Assembly: GCA_964640635.1 (NCBI GenBank)
Contig: CAZXFD010000005.1
Span: 1-62,118, forward strand
DNA length: 62,118 bases
Reading direction: 5' to 3'
Source of the DNA: an uncultured Gammaproteobacteria bacterium
Lineage (GTDB): Bacteria; Patescibacteriota; Patescibacteriia; UBA1558; S5-K13
Positions 28,344-37,218 of this stretch are shown here, piece by piece. Numbering within the stretch: position 1 is the first letter of the stretch; every line of letters begins with the position of its first letter. Both the position numbers and the translations under genes were made by a program. The notes beneath the pieces are model-generated. The model saw only the letters and a list, made by a program, of their open reading frames with translations. It was not told the DNA's origin and ran no database searches.

Positions 28344-28796
28344 ATGAAAATAATCACCTTATTGATTATAATGTCGTTTATCATTGGAATAATGTTTATT
28401 CCAGTTATATGCCTTAGCGATCTTCATGCAAAAAATGCATGTCAACAAACGGACCTTGGAAATTCAACTCAAGTTAAGAAAAGTGTCACAATAGAAAAAA
28501 CTATTTACGGTAAGTCTTCTTGGTATGGGCAGTACTTTCATGGTCGTACGATGGCAAATGGAGATCTATTTGACATGTATGATCCTACAATCATTGCTCA
28601 CAAATATTTACCATTTGGTACAATACTCAAAATTACGAATATCCAAAATGGTAAGTCTCTTGAGGGCACAGTGCAGGATAGAGGACCTTATGTAGTAGGA
28701 AGAGACATAGATTTATCTTATGCTGGAGCAAAAATTCTAGGCATGGATGAGCAAGGTGTCGCAAGCATAAAAATGGAGATTTTGCACAAAAGCTAA
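28344..28796 (+). CDS. rlpA: RlpA-family (DPBB) lytic transglycosylase-like protein
   Basis: SSWYG..FHGR.MANG..FDM, AHKYLPFGT, DRGPY, DLSYAGA; CAGGAG before ATG 28344. Confidence 0.9.
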   Translation: MKIITLLIIMSFIIGIMFIPVICLSDLHAKNACQQTDLGNSTQVKKSVTIEKTIYGKSSWYGQYFHGRTMANGDLFDMYDPTIIAHKYLPFGTILKITNIQNGKSLEGTVQDRGPYVVGRDIDLSYAGAKILGMDEQGVASIKMEILHKS

Positions 28797-28972
28797 TCTC
28801 TGGAATTATAAAACAAGCTCGCAGGTTTAATACATGCGAGTTTTTATTTTGATATCATTGAATGAGAAGTCGAATGATTTTATAAAAATGAGTTATATGG
28901 CCTCATAAGAGGAGTTGACTAACTTTACCTCGAGGAATCTAATATGCGCCATGGTGGTATGCCATGAACTCC

Positions 28973-29000
28973 TTGACAAATATTTTAGATGTGCTATAAT
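28973..29000 (+). promoter_or_regulatory. Consensus sigma70 promoter driving a non-coding transcript
   Basis: TTGACA-N16-TATAAT with extended TG. Confidence 0.75.
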
Positions 29001-29006
29001 AGCTTA

Positions 29007-29188
29007 TACAATATACATTAACAATTGTTATTATATTTCTACCTGTCAGTAGTTTTTGGTTGCCCCCCTCCTGGCGGCCTTAAATGCAAGTTAGGTGATG
29101 TTCCTTGCTTCGGCTTGTGAATAGCATCTACACTGACTGGTAGTAATATGCTAATAATACATGACCCGTCATTTTGATAGGGTTTTTT
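29007..29188 (+). ncRNA. Candidate structured ncRNA, about 180 nt, unknown family (6S-like long closing stem)
   Basis: About 30-bp closing stem 29024-29052 with 29128-29158, two internal hairpins, own promoter and ACCC/GGGT plus T-run terminator, no ORF on +. Confidence 0.7.
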
Positions 29189-29195
29189 GTTTTTT

Positions 29196-29230
29196 AAAAA
29201 AAGGGCCAGGACCAGCGTGGGTCCTGGCCC
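29196..29230 (-). terminator. Minus-strand intrinsic terminator (perfect 11-bp GC stem)
   Basis: GGGCCAGGACC/GGTCCTGGCCC followed by T7 on minus strand. Confidence 0.7.
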
Positions 29231-29310
29231 CAAATTTAGATTGACAAATTAATATAATAGTTATAATATCAAATGTTAGCAATAAAGCTAATTAAAATTA
29301 GGAGGAAAAA

Positions 29311-29799
29311 ATGAAATATTCACTTTTTATGCTATTAGTCATTGTGATTTCGCTGTTTTCTTTTGGATGTGAATCAAATCCTGTAGAGATAACAGCAACT
29401 GGAAATAACACCGTCTACATAGGTCCAAATTCTGGGTTACCAGGTAATTGTGAGTGGTTTATAATGTATATGACTAATCACGGCCCAGCAATTTTGGCGG
29501 TTAATGGTCCAGCAACTGCCGTTGGGTATCAGATTAGAAGTGGTGCAACCATATATTTTCAAGATAGATATGTTGGTCCTAACGGGGATTCATATCAGTA
29601 TGGTAGCTACTTGCCCTTGGATACTTGGTTGGAGTTTAATTATGTAATTTTCAAGTCTTCTTTTTCCGGTTGGCTTTGGCCTATAGCTGATTTCTGGGTT
29701 GGACTAAATGATGCAATTGTTGAATCTAGCTATCAGTGGCAAGTCAAATTTGTAGATAATGGAGATGGAAATTTACAAGTTGAGCTAGCCGATGAATAA
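29311..29799 (+). CDS. Orphan putative lipoprotein, beta-rich
   Basis: TTGACA at 29241, AGGAGG at 29300-29305, signal peptide ending FSFG|C; terminator at about 29811-29840. Confidence 0.75.
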   Translation: MKYSLFMLLVIVISLFSFGCESNPVEITATGNNTVYIGPNSGLPGNCEWFIMYMTNHGPAILAVNGPATAVGYQIRSGATIYFQDRYVGPNGDSYQYGSYLPLDTWLEFNYVIFKSSFSGWLWPIADFWVGLNDAIVESSYQWQVKFVDNGDGNLQVELADE

Positions 29800-29865
29800 T
29801 CCTTTTAACAAAAAGGCTCGTCACAATAGACGGGCTTTTATTTTTTTTTATCTAAATTCTATATT

Positions 29866-30387
29866 TTACTCTAAGGTGTATTCTAATATTTTGTTTACTT
29901 CATTTATTGCACTATCAAGTTTTTCTTTTTCAATATCACTAAATTTTTGAAGAACTATATCTTCAGATGGCAAGTCTAGTGGATTATCATTTTTTATTCC
30001 AATTCTTATTCTAAAAAATTCCGTTGAACCAAGAATATCGATAATTGATTTTATGCCATTGTGCCCAGCAGAGGATTCAAATAATCCAGATTTTATTTTT
30101 CCAAGTTCTATATCTAAATCATCATAAACTACAATAATATCTTTGTTTTCTATTTTGTAATATTGTTTTACTACATTTACTGCTTCGCCACTTATATTCA
30201 TGAATGTCAGTGGTTTTATAATAACCGAGTCACCAGTTTTTAATATATAGGCTTTTAACTTTTTGTTCTCTGTAAAATTTCCAAGATTATTTTTTTCTAC
30301 AAAAAAGTCAATCGCCATAAAGCCGGCGTTGTGTTTTGTTTTTTCATATTGTGTTCCTGGATTTCCCAGTCCAACTATTAATTTCAT
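29866..30387 (-). CDS. pth: Peptidyl-tRNA hydrolase
   Basis: LIVGLGNPG..Y..T.HNAG, KPLTFMN.SG, YDDLD, GHNG, RIRIGI. Confidence 0.97.
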   Translation of the reverse strand: MKLIVGLGNPGTQYEKTKHNAGFMAIDFFVEKNNLGNFTENKKLKAYILKTGDSVIIKPLTFMNISGEAVNVVKQYYKIENKDIIVVYDDLDIELGKIKSGLFESSAGHNGIKSIIDILGSTEFFRIRIGIKNDNPLDLPSEDIVLQKFSDIEKEKLDSAINEVNKILEYTLE

Positions 30388-30442
30388 ATTATTAGTGAGG
30401 TTAATTTGTTGGTTGCGTAGCTACGTAGCTATGAAGCTAATT

Positions 30443-31819
30443 CTATCTAACCATTGTTCTAGATTTTCTTACATATACTACAACCGGTACTCCACGAAGT
30501 GAGAATTCTTCTCTTATCTTTTTTTCCATAAATCTGATATATGAATCGTGTAAACTTGTTTTTGATCCAATGGAAATTTCAAATGTAAGTGGATTTACGG
30601 CAACATTTTTTATGTCATATATTCTTGGTTTGTGTGATCCACGACCTATTGTAGGTGGATGAAGCTTGATAATTTTTAGAAGAAACTTTTTGAGGATTTC
30701 ACGACTTATTTCTATTTGATTTTTTTTGTATATATCTATTGCTTCATCAAGTATTTGAAAGATTCTTTGTTTGCTTATTGCTGATATTGGGAGCACACTT
30801 GCCCATGATAGGTAGGGCATCATTTTATTATAATAAGCTACATATTTATTATATGATTTTGTATCTTTATCTTCAACAATGTCCCACTTGTTTGCAACCA
30901 GAATAAGTCCTTTTTTTTCTTCTTTTATAATTTCTGCAAATTTCATGTCACCCACTGATAGTGGAAGAGAAACATCTGTGACAAGTATTATGATATCGCT
31001 TTGTCTTATTGCTTTTTTGGTCTGTACTACTGACTTTGACTCAAGCTCATCTTTTTTTATTTGCATGGTTTTTTTTCGTACACCCGCTGTGTCAACAAGA
31101 ATAAAGTTTTGTTCTTTGTATAAAAATGGAATAAATTGCGCGTCTCTAGTAGTATGTTCTTTTTGGGATACAATAACTCTATTTTCATTTAAAATAGCAT
31201 TTATGATAGATGATTTACCAACATTAGTTTTTCCAATGAACGTAATTTTGATTGCATTTTTGATTTCGTTTGTTTCAGTTTTGGCTTTAACTTTTTTTAC
31301 AACCTCATCTAATAAATCTCCTACTCCAACTCCGCTAGCAGAGGATATCATAAAAGGATCTCCAAGTCCTAGTTTAAAAAATTCATTGCTTTGATTTCTA
31401 TCTTGCTTACTATGGCATTTGTTTACCACAAGGATAGAATTGAGTTTGTTTTTCTTTATAAAATTTGCAAACTCTCTATCCTGTGGCATAAGTCCAGTTT
31501 TTACATCTACCAAAAAAATGACAAGATCAGAATTTTGGATTGCTTGTTTTGTTTTCTTATAAATTTCAAGCTCCATTTCTGGTAGCTTTGTTTTTTCCAA
31601 ATCTTTCAATATTTCTGTTTCAAGTCCACCAGTATCTACAACTGTAAATCTTTTTCCAAGCCATTCAGCTTCTTGATAGTTTGCATCCCTTGTGGTATTA
31701 GCTATTGGACTTATTATAGCTTTATTTTTTACGAGTAAATTAAATAGCGTAGATTTGCCTACGTTGGTACGACCTATTATAGATACAACAGGTAATTTAT
31801 TTGTGTTTTTTGCTGTCAT
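30443..31819 (-). CDS. der: Ribosome biogenesis GTPase Der/EngA
   Basis: Two G domains (GRTNVGKST, GKTNVGKSS; DTGG, DTAG; NKWD) plus KH-like C-terminus. Confidence 0.96.
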   Translation of the reverse strand: MTAKNTNKLPVVSIIGRTNVGKSTLFNLLVKNKAIISPIANTTRDANYQEAEWLGKRFTVVDTGGLETEILKDLEKTKLPEMELEIYKKTKQAIQNSDLVIFLVDVKTGLMPQDREFANFIKKNKLNSILVVNKCHSKQDRNQSNEFFKLGLGDPFMISSASGVGVGDLLDEVVKKVKAKTETNEIKNAIKITFIGKTNVGKSSIINAILNENRVIVSQKEHTTRDAQFIPFLYKEQNFILVDTAGVRKKTMQIKKDELESKSVVQTKKAIRQSDIIILVTDVSLPLSVGDMKFAEIIKEEKKGLILVANKWDIVEDKDTKSYNKYVAYYNKMMPYLSWASVLPISAISKQRIFQILDEAIDIYKKNQIEISREILKKFLLKIIKLHPPTIGRGSHKPRIYDIKNVAVNPLTFEISIGSKTSLHDSYIRFMEKKIREEFSLRGVPVVVYVRKSRTMVR

Positions 31820-31823
31820 AATA

Positions 31824-33221
31824 TTATTTTTGATCCTTACCCAGTATTATAAGGAAATCTACACCTTCTTCAAGTGTGTTTTTAAGTTCGTCTGGAATAG
31901 CCGTTGATCTTGCTCCAAGTATCAAGGATTGAATAGTTTCAAGTGTCTTGGGTTTTTTATTTTTACTAAGATCATAAATGATTGTAGTTTCATAATTCTT
32001 TTTATCTGCATTTCCAAGAGATCTTATTTCAAGTCCAGAGCTTTTTAATTTTTGTGAGACTTTTGATGCTAGTCCGCTTGCATCTGTTCCATTTAGAATT
32101 ATTATAACTGGATTTTCTTCTTCAATCTGCCGTGCATCTTTTTGTTCAAATATGTTTAAGAAATAATTTTTTAAGTTAGTGTAATCATAATTTCTTGGAA
32201 TAAGGACGTATGCACCATCATACGTAGAAGTTGTACCTTGTAAAATACTATCTGGAGCATCACTTATCGTGCTGTTTAATATATTTTTTTGATCAAGTGT
32301 TCTTAGAATTTCTGCGAATCTTATTGCTTCCCAAGACTCGACATCTGTTTGTATATATTTATTTAAAATATTAAACATTTTTACAATTTTACTTGGATTG
32401 GTAATAGTTGAAAAACTTAATACTTTTTCTTTGACGGCATTTATGATTTTGAATTGTCTTTTGCTTCTTGCAAAATCATTTCCTTCTGTGCCAGTGCCTT
32501 CGGTTATTATTCCATGACGAGATCTTGAAAATTGTAATGCCCTTTCGCCGGTCATATGTTCTTTGCCTTTTTTGAATATAAGTTTTTGCACCTTGTGATT
32601 ATATGTAGGATATTGATAGTCTACAAAACTATTATCAATTATTACATCAACACCCCCTAGCGCATCAACTACTTCCTTGAATCCATAGAAATCTATAATC
32701 ATGGCGTAGTGAATTGGAATCCCAATATTTTTACTAACTATTTCTTTTTCATATTTCATTCCATAGCCTTTTTTTATTTGCTCACCTATTGTGTATAGAG
32801 AATTTACTTTTTTGTATTGACCATTATCAATACGTACAAGCAAGTCTCTTGGAATTGAAACCATTGATATTTCTTTAGTATCATAATTGTAGCTTAGAAG
32901 TATTATTGTATCTGTAAGATATGGACCATCATGTCCTTCACCACCCATTCCCATTATTAGGATATTTGTTCTTCCATCTTTCTCGCCCTGCAATTTTTTT
33001 GTATCAGCGGCAATAAGATGGGATATTTGTTTTATAAAAGAATTTTTTTGTATTGTTTGTGAAAAACCAGAATTAGAGGTGGCTGCGATATTTGAAAGTA
33101 TGAAAATGCTTGTCAAAAAAATAACCAAAAACAAAAAAAGCATGTTTTTGAATATTAGCTTGTTCTTGACTTTTCTGTATTGTTTCTCTATGTCTATGTA
33201 GTTTTTGTCTACTTCATTCAT
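31824..33221 (-). CDS. LCP (LytR-CpsA-Psr) family protein with LytR C-terminal domain
   Basis: TM; NILIMG, TDTIIL, SIPRDL, ALQFSRSR, ARSKRQ; ILNGT..SGLA C-terminal domain. Confidence 0.92.
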   Translation of the reverse strand: MNEVDKNYIDIEKQYRKVKNKLIFKNMLFLFLVIFLTSIFILSNIAATSNSGFSQTIQKNSFIKQISHLIAADTKKLQGEKDGRTNILIMGMGGEGHDGPYLTDTIILLSYNYDTKEISMVSIPRDLLVRIDNGQYKKVNSLYTIGEQIKKGYGMKYEKEIVSKNIGIPIHYAMIIDFYGFKEVVDALGGVDVIIDNSFVDYQYPTYNHKVQKLIFKKGKEHMTGERALQFSRSRHGIITEGTGTEGNDFARSKRQFKIINAVKEKVLSFSTITNPSKIVKMFNILNKYIQTDVESWEAIRFAEILRTLDQKNILNSTISDAPDSILQGTTSTYDGAYVLIPRNYDYTNLKNYFLNIFEQKDARQIEEENPVIIILNGTDASGLASKVSQKLKSSGLEIRSLGNADKKNYETTIIYDLSKNKKPKTLETIQSLILGARSTAIPDELKNTLEEGVDFLIILGKDQK

Positions 33222-33507
33222 AGTATAATGATTTTTCAGATTAACTATTGTGTATGATACTACAAAAAAGAGGTTTTGTTAAGGGATGCCCGTCTCGCCT
33301 AACGGCGAAGCCGAGGCGGACGAATGTAAGCACAATGTCAATATACTAATGAGTACTAATAATACTAATTAATATGAATAATATATATATGAATGTTTGT
33401 GAAGTGTTTAGTTTTTAAGGTTTAGTGTTTACAACGTATAATATAAAGATGATCTAAATACTAAGCTCTAACTTTCTAATCTCCTAATTTTTTGCTATTA
33501 TATTACT

Positions 33508-33702
33508 ATGGGAATAAAAGATGTAATAAAAAATCTTCCAGTAATGGAAACAAAGGGCGATTATTTTGGTGTTGCATCCGATAAATTTGTCAATGGATTT
33601 TTGGAATTTATTTTTAAGAGCTTGCCAAGGATACTTTTTGGTCTTGCTATTTTTTATACACTTTATAATATATTGAGTCCGATGGTGGTTGTAGTTAGAT
33701 AG
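33508..33702 (+). CDS. Small hypothetical membrane protein
   Basis: 64 aa, one C-terminal TM; isolated intergenic ORF. Confidence 0.5.
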   Translation: MGIKDVIKNLPVMETKGDYFGVASDKFVNGFLEFIFKSLPRILFGLAIFYTLYNILSPMVVVVR

Positions 33703-33735
33703 AGTTTAGTATTTGGGGTTTAGTATTTAGTATTT

Positions 33736-33766
33736 TTCGCCAAAGGCGGATCAGCCTCAGGCTGAA
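33736..33766. repeat. Double-hairpin REP-like element (copy 1)
   Basis: CGCC-AAA-GGCGG-AT-CAGCC-TCA-GGCTG. Confidence 0.75.
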
Positions 33767-33945
33767 GAGTTTAGTTAAGAAGAGGACCTGGGTTCTTTTT
33801 TTATTTGTGGTAAGAGTCGAAAGGTTAAGGATAAATAAGCAAAGTTTGACAAATAAATTTATAAATGATAAGAAAAATACATTACTAAATGCTGGACAAA
33901 AATGTCATAGTAAAGGTAAAAAAAGAATGTACTGGGAGGTACAAA

Positions 33946-34668
33946 ATGAAAAATCTAAATACTGGTAGTTTGCTTCCTGTGCCAAGGGGCGAATTTGAAG
34001 CAAGCATAAACGTTTTAGAAAATGCAGGAATGAAACCCTGGATGTTGAACTTGTTACGTTCATCAAGGGGTGAATTAATTGCAAAGAGAGTAATATCTGT
34101 TTTTATTGAGATTAAGCTAAAGGAATGGCAAGAATTCTATAAAAAATACTTTGATCTCGAGATCGACGTGTTTAATGTTATTTTACCAGATCCTATAAAG
34201 AATTTTGATAAACTCATTATCGTAGTGCCTAGTCTAACTATTGGAAAGGTGTTTGATGTGATGTCCAAGCATTTTAAATGTTCGTGGACGACTGATAAAT
34301 GGGACGGACAATGGCATTTTAAAAAAGAAGACATTCTTAATTATGTTAACTCAGAAGCAAAAAATTATGCATTTTGGGTTAGAGATAGTTCTGAGTCAGA
34401 TCAAAAATATCTTGGGAAGTTAACGGACGAGAATCGGCAGGTGAATTGTCCTATAGAAAATATGCTAGAAGCTTTGCTCCATATTTTCAAAGTCTGGGAT
34501 GAGTCTGGGGAGTTCATTAATTCAAGAACTAATTTACTTACCTATTGCGATGCTTTCCAAGGAGTTTTAATAAGCATTAACTATCGAGGGGCAGGCATAG
34601 TATATGTAAATTTATTTTATGGTTTTGCACGACCTGAACACTGTGGCCCAAGAGAAAAAATAGTTTAA
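33946..34668 (+). CDS. Orphan protein, possible divergent C-type-lectin-fold family member
   Basis: TTGACA at 33846, GGGAGG at 33934-33939; WQEFYKKYF, YAFWVRD..ESD, C-terminal GPRE.IV; terminator at about 34682-34718. Confidence 0.65.
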   Translation: MKNLNTGSLLPVPRGEFEASINVLENAGMKPWMLNLLRSSRGELIAKRVISVFIEIKLKEWQEFYKKYFDLEIDVFNVILPDPIKNFDKLIIVVPSLTIGKVFDVMSKHFKCSWTTDKWDGQWHFKKEDILNYVNSEAKNYAFWVRDSSESDQKYLGKLTDENRQVNCPIENMLEALLHIFKVWDESGEFINSRTNLLTYCDAFQGVLISINYRGAGIVYVNLFYGFARPEHCGPREKIV

Positions 34669-34811
34669 GTAAGAATTGTAGAGCCCTATTTGTAAAAATT
34701 TGCAGACAGGGCTTTTTTGTTTGTATTCGAATCAATCTTGGGTTGGGTATTGATTAATAAAAAAACAGCCACATAAAGGTGTAGCTGTAAGTATTAGTTT
34801 TTACTAAGTCA

Positions 34812-35354
34812 TTAGACTTCGGTGAGTTCGATCTCATCGTCGTTTTGTAGAATGCAGTCTAAGCTTAGGAGTTTTTCTGGATTATCGAACTCATGGACAT
34901 TAAAGTTCTCTGGCAAGGAGAGGGTATCTTTGGTTTGTTCTATAAGTTGAGCAATGGTACTTCCCTCAAGAACTTTTATCGGGTTTCCTTTTCCATCACA
35001 ATATATCCAAACTTCAATTATTCCTGGTTTGGAAAATGTTATCTCCTCTCCGCTTGCGACTGTGGCATCATTGGTGAGAATTTCCCCATAACTTTTTGCT
35101 ATGAGATCAGGTGGTACATTAGATTTTTCTCGGATTTTTGATACGGTGGTTTCTTCTTTAACTTTGATAACCATTTCGGGCTCGATAAATGTGATCTCAT
35201 CATGCTGCTCAACTGAAGCAATATCTCGGAGAACTTTATCCCCAATTTTTGCAATGAATCCCGAGGGGATATTAAATTGTTCCCTGAGTTTGAATAGGGG
35301 CATCTTCCCAAATGAGTTAATGTCCGCATTGTGGATATTAATAATTATTTTCAT
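34812..35354 (-). CDS. Protein with three tandem ubiquitin-like (beta-grasp) repeats
   Basis: Repeats K(L/I)RE..N(I/V)P...IAK..G..L....V...(D/E)EITF..P; TTGACA-N17-TAAGAT promoter, AAGGAGG RBS. Confidence 0.7.
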   Translation of the reverse strand: MKIIINIHNADINSFGKMPLFKLREQFNIPSGFIAKIGDKVLRDIASVEQHDEITFIEPEMVIKVKEETTVSKIREKSNVPPDLIAKSYGEILTNDATVASGEEITFSKPGIIEVWIYCDGKGNPIKVLEGSTIAQLIEQTKDTLSLPENFNVHEFDNPEKLLSLDCILQNDDEIELTEV

Positions 35355-35514
35355 GATTTCCTCCTTGTATTTTTTGATATCTTATTACTTATGTTATATT
35401 TTGTCAACGGGTCATACGACCCGTTTTAATGAAAAATGCCGAACCCCGGATTGGTTAAGTTATAAATAAAAAACAAGGCTTTCGCCTCGTCTTTAGATGT
35501 ATATATAAAAGAAG

Positions 35515-35697
35515 TTATTTTATTTTTTTTGGCTTTGCCATTGTTTTAATACAATTTGCACAAACATTTACATATTTGTCACCAACTTTTTTGCTCTGCA
35601 TATTTATTTTTACCACCCTTTTTGTTTTTACTTGAGAATGGCTTTTTAAAAATCCAGATGAAGTACCTCTTTGACATATTGAACAAATTTTTGGCAT
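35515..35697 (-). CDS. rpmB: 50S ribosomal protein L28 (zinc-binding type)
   Basis: MPKICSIC..G...G...SHS..KTKR....N.Q...CANCIK. Confidence 0.88.
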   Translation of the reverse strand: MPKICSICQRGTSSGFLKSHSQVKTKRVVKINMQSKKVGDKYVNVCANCIKTMAKPKKIK

Positions 35698-35870
35698 ATA
35701 ATTAGTTAGATTAGTAAGATTGGCCTGCCCCGCGGAAGCGAAGCGTAGGCGGGGGAAATTAGTATAGAATTATTGAGAAATTTTTGACTTTCTCCTATAT
35801 TCACTATACAATAGGATATATGTAATTTTAAAATTTGTCAAGAAGTCATTCGACCTCTCAAAACAATATT

Positions 35871-36512
35871 ATGCCAATAACATTTATGTTTAGTCAGCCA
35901 ATGGTTTTTGTTGCCTGGCTACTTGCAGTTTTAATTGCTCTTACAATTCATGAGTTTTCCCACGGTTTTTTTGCATTTAAACAGGGCGACCCAACAGCAA
36001 AGATAATGGGAAGAATATCCCTTAACCCACTTAGACATCTTGATGTTTTTGGATTTTTAGCAATGTTGTTTTTGGGATTTGGTTGGGCAAAACCAGTTCC
36101 AATAAATCCTATTTATTTTAAAAACAAAAAATGGGGAGAGGCGATAGTCTCTATTGCAGGACCAATGAGCAATTTATTTATGGCATTGTTTTTTGGCATT
36201 ATTTTAAAGATACTATATTCTTCTACGGGAATTTCAGGAGACAACCTAATGGTAAATTTTTTGTATTTTATAGTTCTTATAAATTTAATTTTTTGCATAT
36301 TTAATCTTATTCCAATTCCGCCACTTGATGGCTCTCATATATTGTTCTCTGTTTTGGGAGAAAAGTTTTCAGAGATAAAATATTTTTTAGCAAAGAATGG
36401 ACCAATGTTTCTTTTTGGAATTATTATGTTGGACCTTGTTATGAATGGAGGAATATTTAGCCATTTATTTAGTTTTTTCTTTAACATTAGCAACAAGCTT
36501 ATTTTTGGGTAG
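35871..36512 (+). CDS. Site-2 protease family (M50) membrane peptidase
   Basis: HEFSH, GDPTAK.MGR.SLNPLRH, AGPMSN, FNLIPIPPLDG. Confidence 0.93.
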   Translation: MPITFMFSQPMVFVAWLLAVLIALTIHEFSHGFFAFKQGDPTAKIMGRISLNPLRHLDVFGFLAMLFLGFGWAKPVPINPIYFKNKKWGEAIVSIAGPMSNLFMALFFGIILKILYSSTGISGDNLMVNFLYFIVLINLIFCIFNLIPIPPLDGSHILFSVLGEKFSEIKYFLAKNGPMFLFGIIMLDLVMNGGIFSHLFSFFFNISNKLIFG

Positions 36513-36681
36513 TCATAAAAACTAATACTATTTATTCATGGCCCTTGCTTTTTTTTCTCTTTATGATAAAATATTGACTAATCACAAGACTTGTGATAAC
36601 CTTTTTTAGTATTATAAAATAGGTTTTAAATTTAATAATCTTTTTAATCAGTCTTATTGATATAATAGGACAAGTAAATAA

Positions 36682-37110
36682 ATGCCAACAATAAATCAAT
36701 TAACAAAAAATCCAAGAAAAAATCCAAGAAAAAAGTTGAAAATGATTGGACTTAAGGTTACTTCAAATTCTTTAAGAAGAACAAAGAAAACAAGCAATGT
36801 AGGATCTTCTTTCAAAAGAGGGGTTTGTGTTAAGGTTACTACAGTAACTCCAAAAAAACCTAATTCAGCTCTTAGAAAAATAGCTAGAGTAAGACTTTCA
36901 AATGGATCAGAAGTAACAGCATATATTCCAGGAATGGGTCATAATTTGCAAGAGCATTCAATCGTTTTGATAAGAGGTGGAAGAGTAAAAGATTTATCAG
37001 GTGTTTCTTACCATATAGTAAGAGGTGTCTATGATACTCAGGGTGTCCAAAATAGAGCTCAAGGAAGATCTATTTATGGAGCAAAAAGACCAAAAGAAAA
37101 GAAGGTATAG
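36682..37110 (+). CDS. rpsL: 30S ribosomal protein S12
   Basis: [31 protein letters not shown]. Confidence 0.98.
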   Translation: MPTINQLTKNPRKNPRKKLKMIGLKVTSNSLRRTKKTSNVGSSFKRGVCVKVTTVTPKKPNSALRKIARVRLSNGSEVTAYIPGMGHNLQEHSIVLIRGGRVKDLSGVSYHIVRGVYDTQGVQNRAQGRSIYGAKRPKEKKV

Positions 37111-37115
37111 TTAAT

Positions 37116-37149
37116 TTCTCAGCCAAAGGCTGATCCGCCTCGGGCGGAA
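37116..37149. repeat. Double-hairpin REP-like element (copy 2)
   Basis: TTCTCAGCC-AAA-GGCTG-AT-CCGCC-TCG-GGCGGAA. Confidence 0.8.
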
Positions 37150-37218
37150 AATTTCAAATGTCAAATTTCAAAAGTAAATGTATTTGACTTAAAACTTAAA
37201 ACTTTAAACTTAAACAGC

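Noticed and set aside
28876-28930. Purine riboswitch (TATAA..ATATGG hairpin)
   Set aside because: L2-like ATATGG is present but the GTTTCTACC junction and CCGTAAA L3 are absent.
29007-29188. SRP RNA, tmRNA or 5S rRNA identity for the ncRNA
   Set aside because: Lacks the SRP CAGG..GNRA..AGCA motif, tRNA-like ends/tag ORF and 5S conserved blocks.
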